Of a DNA stretch of 64,000 bases, positions 56,033-64,000 are shown piece after piece (within the stretch, counting starts at the first letter, position 1; each line of letters opens with the position of its first letter). The notes under the pieces are model-generated. The model did no database searches. It saw only the letters and a list, made by a program, of their open reading frames with translations, and was not told the DNA's origin. This DNA is from the human T2T-CHM13v2.0 reference genome, Homo sapiens, in assembly GCF_009914755.1 (NCBI RefSeq), contig NC_060930.1. The stretch is one strand, 5' to 3'. Made by a program: the position numbers and the translations under genes.

Positions 56033-56525
56033 TGTCTTAATCAGTTTTGGCTGCTGTAATTATCATTCACTGGGTGGCTTAATAACAGACTTTTATTTCT
56101 CACAGTTCTTTAGGCTGGGAAGTCCAAGGTCAAGGCACCAATATATCTGGTGTCTGGTGAAAGCCTTCTTCCTGCTTTGCCAGTGGTTTTCTTATTGCTG
56201 TATTTTCACATGGCACAGAGAAGAAAGAGAGAGAAAGAAAGAAAGCTTTCTTGTGTCTTTTTATAGGGCCACTAATCCCATTCATAAGGAGATTGATTTA
56301 TAAGTGGGGGCTAAACATCAGGTGTATATGAACACAAAGAAGGAAACATCAGACATGGGGGTCTACTTGAGGGTGAAGTTTGGAGAAGGGTGAGGATCCA
56401 AAATCTATTTCTACCTCATGACCTAGTTACCTGCCAAAGGCCTTACCTCTTAATATCATCACTTTGGGCTGTTAGGGTTTCAAAATATCAACTTTTGGGA
56501 GAACACAAATATTTAGTACATAGAA
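56033..56525 (-). mobile_element. MLT1A/MLT1A0-like MaLR LTR
   Basis: tgtcttaatc..ggctgctgtaa..ctgggtggctta..tttatttctcacagttct..ggctgggaagtccaag; ctcatgacctagttacct.ccaaaggcc. Confidence 0.8.
56297..56408 (+). mobile_element. Short internal L1PA15/16 3' UTR fragment inside the MLT1A
   Basis: ttataagtgggggctaaacat..acacaaagaagg.aaca.cagaca.ggggtctacttgagggtg..agggtgaggatc; no poly-A. Confidence 0.8.
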
Positions 56526-56638
56526 AAAATTATGGCTTGTTCCCCAAGCAATTTTAGTTTATTAAGATAATAAATTTAATAACTGAATACAGTTAATTTT
56601 AATTTTAAAATAATAAACACTTTAATTGTATTATTTAG

Positions 56639-56953
<315 letters not shown>

Positions 56954-57583
56954 TTATTTTATTTATTTAAATGCACATGTACACATTTATATTAAGATTA
57001 TTTAAGTCTAAATAAATTTAACTTTTAAAAATTAATTAAATTCAAGAGAAATTTGAAGATGTATCATGTATAATGAACATTTGAACAAAAGTAATATTCA
57101 CTGCCTGTGTTAAAAGTACAATCAAACAATTAATTTACTAAAAAATGTGAGGTATGTTACCATGCTTATGCCAATTTTCCTTATAAGGATAAGAGGCTTA
57201 TAAATAGTTTACTGAATTTTTTTTTTTTTTTTTTGCTTAACAGATATTTACAAAGACGACATATTAAATTGGAGTTTTTCCCTTAAAATGACCATGTTGT
57301 TTCACTCTCAGATAACAGAAGTTCCTTTTTATTAGTAAAATCTTCTTCTAAATCTCTGTATTTGTGAAATTCATAAATCATTTTTTAAAAAATTATTTCG
57401 AAGTTAAAGAATAATTAAATTATCACTAATCACTGCTACTTATTGCTGTGTTTTTAAAAATATTGTCTATAATTACATTTGTCCTCCTTGTTTATAATTA
57501 ATAGTCACAATTCTTTCATTTTTCTGCCCAAAATTCAGGCCTTAAATTCAGAAATAAAGGAGTGTTAAGATGAGTTTTGTTGG

Positions 57584-57880
57584 GGCCGTGTGCGGTGGCT
57601 CACCCCTGTAATCCCAGCACTTTGGAAGGCCAAGGTGGGCGGATCACCTGAGGTCAGGAGTCCAGGACCAGCCTGGCCAACATGGTAAAACCCTGTCTCT
57701 ACTAAAAATACCAAAAATTATCTGGGCGTGGTGGCAGGTGCCTGTAGTCCCAGCTACTCCGGAGACTGCGGCACAAGAATCGCTTGAATCCGGAAGGAGG
57801 AGTTTGCGGGGAGCCGAGATCGCGCCATTGCACTCCAGCCTGGGCAATAAAAGTGAAATTGCATCTAAATAAAAAGAAAA
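57584..57880 (+). mobile_element. AluS (AluSq/Sx-like)
   Basis: gatcacctgaggtcaggagt; degenerate TSD aagatga(g/cga)tttt(t)gtt. Confidence 0.88.
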
Positions 57881-59021
57881 AAGATGACGATTTTTGTTCT
57901 TTAGTTACATTTAGTTTGTGGCCACCAAATAATATAAATATTTCCTTTTTTCCCCTTGTTAGAGAAATGATAATAAAAATAATTGTTTACTTCAAATTCT
58001 CCAAATTCTATTTTATGTAAAACTATTGGTTCAATGATTTAATTATTACTTACTTTTTAGGTGAAAATTAAAATACTCATGGTAAAAGACAAAGGCTGTT
58101 GCAATAATGATTTATTTTTTTCAATTCTCTCACCAATCATGAACATTTATGAACTATTTTATAATATGAATTTTAAAAGTCCTGAAGTTTCTTCAGTGTC
58201 CTCCATGTTCATGAAACCTTCTTACTCCCAGAGTAACTGTTGACTATATACCTATAATTAATTATATGTATACTTCAAGAGCAAATTATACTATCTTCCA
58301 TTCTGATAGTGATGATTAACATTCTGTATTAAGCAGAGTGATTTAATTTTATTATCATGACAATAAATAATGGCCAACATTAAACCGACATTGGTAGGGC
58401 AACCTAACCCAGATTTCCGAGGATATTTCTGGCAGGTGTTCTCTTTGTTAATGTCATAATTCTAGGAAAACTCTAAAAGTGGGATAGGTATGAGAACCAA
58501 TTCTCAGGACTTATTTAAACATGAACAGATAAATTTTACTACAATGCCACAGCCTGGATTCAGACCATGTATCAAGTATTTTATACTTTCGTTTTGGATG
58601 AACGGAACATTTCTCATGTTGGAGTCTTAATTGCTTGACCGTAGCAAAATATTCTAAAATTTGTACAAGTTGGGGTAGTTAAACAAATTTTTTGATGATA
58701 AGGAGATTAATTTTCTAATATATTTTCTTTTAAAATGTATTACAATTGACACAAAATCTACTCGTTCCTATGACTCAAACCTATGGAACAATAAGAGTTG
58801 ATTATACTATCAAGAAATCTGGCCAATTTATCTACGGACAAGATTCCCAGCCCAAGATCCTCATCCCCCCACAACCTTCTTTTTTTTTTTTTTCTTTTTT
58901 TTTTAAATCTCAGGGCTATGTATTTGTAACCTTTCATTAAAGAAAGTTTTCAGCCTACAAATTAGCTGTGGAGCACCAAATGCCCTTAGGAATCTCCTGT
59001 AGACCCAGCTTTATTACAAGC

Positions 59022-59380
59022 TTATATGGTTTGGCTGTGTCCCCACCAAATCTCATTTTGAATTCCCACGTGTTGTGGGAGGGACCCAGTGGAAGGTAAC
59101 TGAATCATGGAGGCAGGTCTTTCCTGTGCTGTTCTTGTGATAGTGAATAAATCTCACGAGAACTGATGGTTATGGAAAAGGGGTTTTCCCTGCACAAGCA
59201 CTCCTCTCTTTTTGCCTGCTGCCATCCATGTTAAGATGTGACTTGTTTCTCCTTGCCTTCTGCCATGATTGTGAGGCTTCCTCAGCCACGTGGAACTGTG
59301 AGTTCTCCATTAACCCTTTCCTGTGCAAATTGCCCAGCCTCAGGTATGTCTTTATCAGCAGCGAGGAAATGGAAAATACA
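59022..59380 (+). mobile_element. THE1A/B solo LTR
   Basis: ttatatggtttggctgtgtcccc...aaaataca; perfect 5-bp TSD CAAGC (59017-59021 / 59381-59385). Confidence 0.92.
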
Positions 59381-61670
59381 CAAGCTGATATAGATGTATA
59401 TTATAAAGGACAAATGGCATACCAAGACATATTACCAACTGTTGCCTGAGAGCTTTCTTCTTGACCTTCAACAAAATGACTTCATATTTTGGAAAAGACA
59501 CCAGAGAAAATATGCTTTAAAGCCATGTGAAAATGAGCCTCATCGATCAGTAAGACCACTAACAAGTTGTTCCCACTACAAGTCAACTCCAAAGAGTTTA
59601 TCCTTGGATTTAAGTCTCCAAATAAAAAAATGCAACAGCTTTCTCTGCAGAAACAACTGACCCTACTGAAAATATCAAGCTGAAGATGTGTAGGAGTTCT
59701 ACCAAAGCAGATGGTCCTTGGAAGAATTCAGCTCAAGAACGTTGCATTATTTAGGTAACCAAATATAATAGCTTCTGCTAAGGGCAACAGGGAAAGATGA
59801 TGGCATATTTATTTATTTGCTATATTTACTGCTTACTCAAATTCTGAACATAATCACTGTTTATAGATATCTCTAGCTTTAACACAATGTGGTACTCACG
59901 TTAGTTTTTGTCCTTTTGCTTTTGCTTTTAGTTGGTATTTAGAAAACTCATGTCTCCAACTCACATATGGCCTAGCCTAAATGTATAACTAGTCTGATTT
60001 CTGGATTTACACCAAAGTTCCTTTGGTGGCTGGGGAGATCCCACTCATTCTTACACTATCTACCCATCTACACTATGTTGTCTATCTACATTGTACTATC
60101 TACACTATGTTGTCTCACATAATTCAAATACTTACTAATTGTCCTTTCTCACTTGACATAACTTTGAAAACTGTCAAACCTTTAACTTCTAGCTTTTTGT
60201 TTTTTCTGGATCTCTTCAGAAATCTCAGATGATTGTTAATGGGAATTTTATGAAGATTACTAATAATTTTTTATCATATGCCTTAATTTTTATATGCTAT
60301 CTAAAGTCTTTTTAAAACTTACTTTTCAGTCTCTTTCCTTGCAGAATATTCAGTGAGTGACACTCCACTCGATAATTTGAAAGACAGTTTGTGTCCACAA
60401 GTGGAAATTGCAAACATCATGCCTTGACAAGAATTCTGAGTGGTGTAGATTTGGATGTGACTAATAAAGGAAAAACTAATCTATGACGAAGTGAAGAAAG
60501 AAAAAAGAATATGGATCTTCCTTCAGTCCCTACGGAACAAACAATTCCAAATCTCAAACATAATGTAGCCACTTTTTTTTTGCTAAACTCAAAACCCACA
60601 AGATTTTCACACTCAGATGTACTTGCCCTATGCCCATCTACTTGTGAGATTTACAAGCCTGAGAACTTAATCTTAGTAAAACATCAGCTTCCTTGTTTTT
60701 CCACTCCCCATCTCATATTTCTCTTTCTTATTACTCACTTTGATTACTAACGTTAAGTGCTTTCGACTAATAAAACCTCTAGTAACCCACAGAAAGCAGA
60801 TCAGTCAATCTTTCAGAGTGCTTCTTTTGTGGAAAATGAATAAAATTTTACTTTTCCCAATTAGTTTTTGATAGACCTATTTGAGGACACATCGCTCTAA
60901 GGAACAACTCTTCCAAGGAAATCACTTTGAGAGAAAGTATTTTTGTATGGAACATGAGTTACTCTTCTTTAGAATTCTTCCACCAACATCTGGTACAGTC
61001 CCTATCACATAGTGGATTCCAAAAATGAAGTGGAGAGGAAAGGCTATTTGCTAACATGTACTGATAAACTAGACTTTAAAATGCTTTCTTTATGATATAT
61101 CCTAAAATTAGTCTGAGGTACACAAGGAAAAAATATGCAGGCTTTAAAGAAGACTAAATTATTTTTAAATGGTTAAAACAAAATTTTTAAAAAGTACATC
61201 ATTATATTTGCTTAAAAATCTGCCTCTAAAAAGCATAATAATGCAAGCATATTGCCTAATAACAAAATATATCATGGAAACAGCTTGATAATTTGAAAAG
61301 GCAATACTGAATTTTTTAATGATATGACTAGACTTCTTGAGGGTGATATAAATTATTTTTCAGTCAGTAAATATTTGGTCCTGGGTAAATCTGAATGATT
61401 GTTGTCTATAAGTGACTCTGAGCCAAGTAAGAGTGTGGTTTGTTAAAGAACTGTTTTATTTATTTATATTTCATCGTAATTTTTCATGACAATGTGGTCT
61501 CAGATTCCAAGCCAGTTATTTCTCCTAGTCCTCAACACTAAAGAAAGTACTGTCCTTTGTCAAATGCATAGTCATCTCCAAAGTGGCATGTTACTAAGGG
61601 ATGTTAAGATTAAGTTGCTTAAAATTATTTGCTTTATATAGAATACAATCCCCAAGTAATATGAAATTCC

Positions 61671-61975
61671 GGCCGGGCGCGGTGGCTCACGCCTGTAATC
61701 CCAGCACTTTGGGAGGCCGAGGCGGGTGGATCACGAGGTCAGGAGATCGAGACCATCCTGGCTAACACGGTGAAACCCCGTCTCTACTAAAAATACAAAA
61801 AATTAGCCGGGCGAGGTGGCGGGCGCCTGTAGTCCCAGCTACTCGGGAGGCTGAGGCAGGAGAATGGCGTGAACCCCAGGGGGCGGAGCCTGCAGTGAGC
61901 CGAGATTGCGCCACTGCACTCCAGCCTGGGCGACAGCGAGACTCCGTCTCAAAAAAAAAAAAAAAAAAAAAGAAA
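61671..61975 (+). mobile_element. Young AluY (AluYe5-like)
   Basis: Diagnostic gggcgAggtggcggg, gaaccccagggggcggagcCtgcag, ggcgacagcgagac; most CpGs intact; pure A21 tail; TSD gaaattcc (61663-61670 / 61976-61983). Confidence 0.9.
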
Positions 61976-62529
61976 GAAATTCCACCATACTGTTTATGTT
62001 TGTTCGTTTGTAGTTACTCTTGGCTCACTTAACAGTTATCAGTCACACATTAATAATAACCTCAAGATAAATTTTGTTGTAAAAATTTGAAGAATATATT
62101 TTATATCAGCATCTCTGCCCCATCATCTCTTCCACCTTTTTAAAAATATATATGGCTGGATTTACTTCTGTCATTTTGTTACCTGTTTTTTCTATCTCAA
62201 ATGCTTTCTACACACCATGCTCTGTTCCAAATCATGTCAGCTACCTCCAGCAGTGAAGCTGTGGGTTTCAAGGCCAGCCCCACTATGGTACACTATCCAT
62301 GTGGACCCAGCTAGAAGAGTAGATGAGGGTAGTAGCTTCATGCCAGAATTCTACTTTCTGTCTCTGTTAACTGATGTTCTTCAGTTTTTGGTGAGTCTAT
62401 ACTTCTCAATTTGTTGTTTGCTATCATTGATTTCTAGAGCCCTGAATGACTTTTCTGAGAATTTAATCTAGTTGCATAGCTATTTTTATTTTAAAATTAT
62501 TTTTAATTTTTTTCAGACAATTATGATAT

Positions 62530-62800
62530 ATTTATAGGTAAAAAAAGTTTAGAAAAAGCCATATATAGTATGATCCTGAAACTGTAATGACTTGTGTATA
62601 CTTATATACATCCATGTACATACATGCATATACACATATAGTAATTGTTATAGGTATGCATAGAAAGATGACAGAAAGACATCCAGCAAAGTGTTAATAC
62701 TAATTATCTCTGGATCATGGAATTATGGTAATGTTTTTCTCTTTGATGATACTCTCTACTTTCAAATTTTTCACAATGTAAATTTAATACTTATGTACTC
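62530..62800 (+). mobile_element. Old L1ME-type 3' UTR remnant
   Basis: atatatagtatgatc, aaagtgttaatactaattatctctgg..ggaattatgg, ttcaaatttttcacaatg. Confidence 0.4.
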
Positions 62801-62813
62801 AGGGTAAAATATT

Positions 62814-63580
62814 GAGAAATGCAAATCAAAACCACAATGCTATACCATCTCACACCAGTTAGAATGGCGATCATTAGAAAGTCAGGAAACAACAGGTGCT
62901 GGAGAGGATGTGGAGAAATAGGAACACTTTTACACTGTTGGTGGGACTGTAAACTAGTTCAACCATTGTGGAAGTCAGTGTGGCGATTCCTCAGGGATCT
63001 AGAACTAGAAATACCATTTGACCCAGCCATCCCATTACTGGGTATATACCCAAAGGATTATAAATCATCCTGCTATAAAGACACATGCACATATATGTTT
63101 ATAGCGGCACTATTCACAATAGCAAAGACTTGGAACCAACCTAAATGTCCAACAACGATAGACTGGATTAAGAAAATGTGGCACATATACACCATGGAAT
63201 ACTATGCAGCCATAAAAAATGATGAGTTCATGTCCTTTGTAGGGACATGGATGAAACCGGAAACCATCATTCTTAGCAAACTATCGCAAGGACAAAAAAA
63301 CAAACACCGCATGTTCTCACTCATAGGTGGGAATTGAACAATGAGAACACATGGACACAGGAAGGGGAACATCACACACCGGGAACTGTTGTGGGGTGGG
63401 GGAGGTGGGAGGGATAGCATTAGGAGATATACCTAATGCTAAATGACGAGTTAATGGGTGCAGCACACCAACATGGCACATGTATACATATGTAACAAAC
63501 CTGCACGTTGTGCACATGTACCCTAAAACTTAAAGTATAATAATAATAAAATTTAAAAAAAATAAAAATAAAACAAACAA
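62814..63580 (+). mobile_element. L1PA3/PA4-like 5'-truncated LINE-1
   Basis: Open ORF2 C-terminus 62819..63337 (..FSLIGGN*), UTR with cattaggag/gagttaatggg/ccaacatgg, A-rich tail. Confidence 0.9.
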
Positions 63581-64000
63581 AATTCAACTTTTATTTTAGA
63601 TACAAGGGGCACATATGCATATTTGATACTGAGATTTTCATTGGTGAGCTTCAGTCAAATAAAAAATTATTACCTTATTCAGAGCAAAAATTTGGGCAAA
63701 GCAAAATCGACAGCAAGCGTGTGCACAAGAAGGTATCTGTATATTTATTTCTAACTATAAGAGCCTCCTACACCTACTTATCAGTTAATTATTAAATACA
63801 TTTGTAGAACATGCATTGGCAAAAGACTGGAAACAGTATTTTATGTTTTCAGCAAATTGGGAAACTGACACTATTGATAAAATTACTTTTCTGTCTATCA
63901 TTGAAAGGCATGGAAATGTGATTTTTAACTTTGGAGGGCTTTGTTATCTAAAACTGTCTAACCATATTTAACCTGTCAGAAGAGAGCCAATGCTGTTTTG

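Noticed and set aside
60053-60116. Short direct repeat atctacactatgttgtct x2
   Set aside because: Ordinary micro-duplication, like those at ~2797-2820 and ~19174-19218.

Overview
AT-rich, repeat-dominated mammalian non-coding DNA. AluYe5-like and L1PA2-like elements point to human or another African great ape. I see no cellular protein-coding exon, tRNA/rRNA gene or CRISPR array. The long ORFs are retroelement remnants (L1 ORF2, ERV gag, THE1 internal, Alu); the short ones look like AT-rich noise. Main contents: (1) a two-LTR, internally deleted ERV1 provirus of MER61/LTR20 type (4226-11671) carrying a nested L1PB and an AluY; (2) a rearranged ancient L1 with a MER11A solo LTR; (3) a complete THE1 MaLR element; (4) three 5'-inverted (twin-primed) L1s of different ages; (5) five Alus, MaLR solo LTRs, Tigger-derived MITEs and microsatellites. 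I found no convincing new biological system. The best second-look signals are several templated or fold-back insertion scars, clustered L1 inversion breakpoints, a very young AluYe5, a possible THE1-driven spliced transcript, and motif clusters in apparently unique DNA (CAGATG E-boxes, inverted octamer pair). Subfamily names are from remembered consensus sequences and need RepeatMasker/Dfam confirmation.
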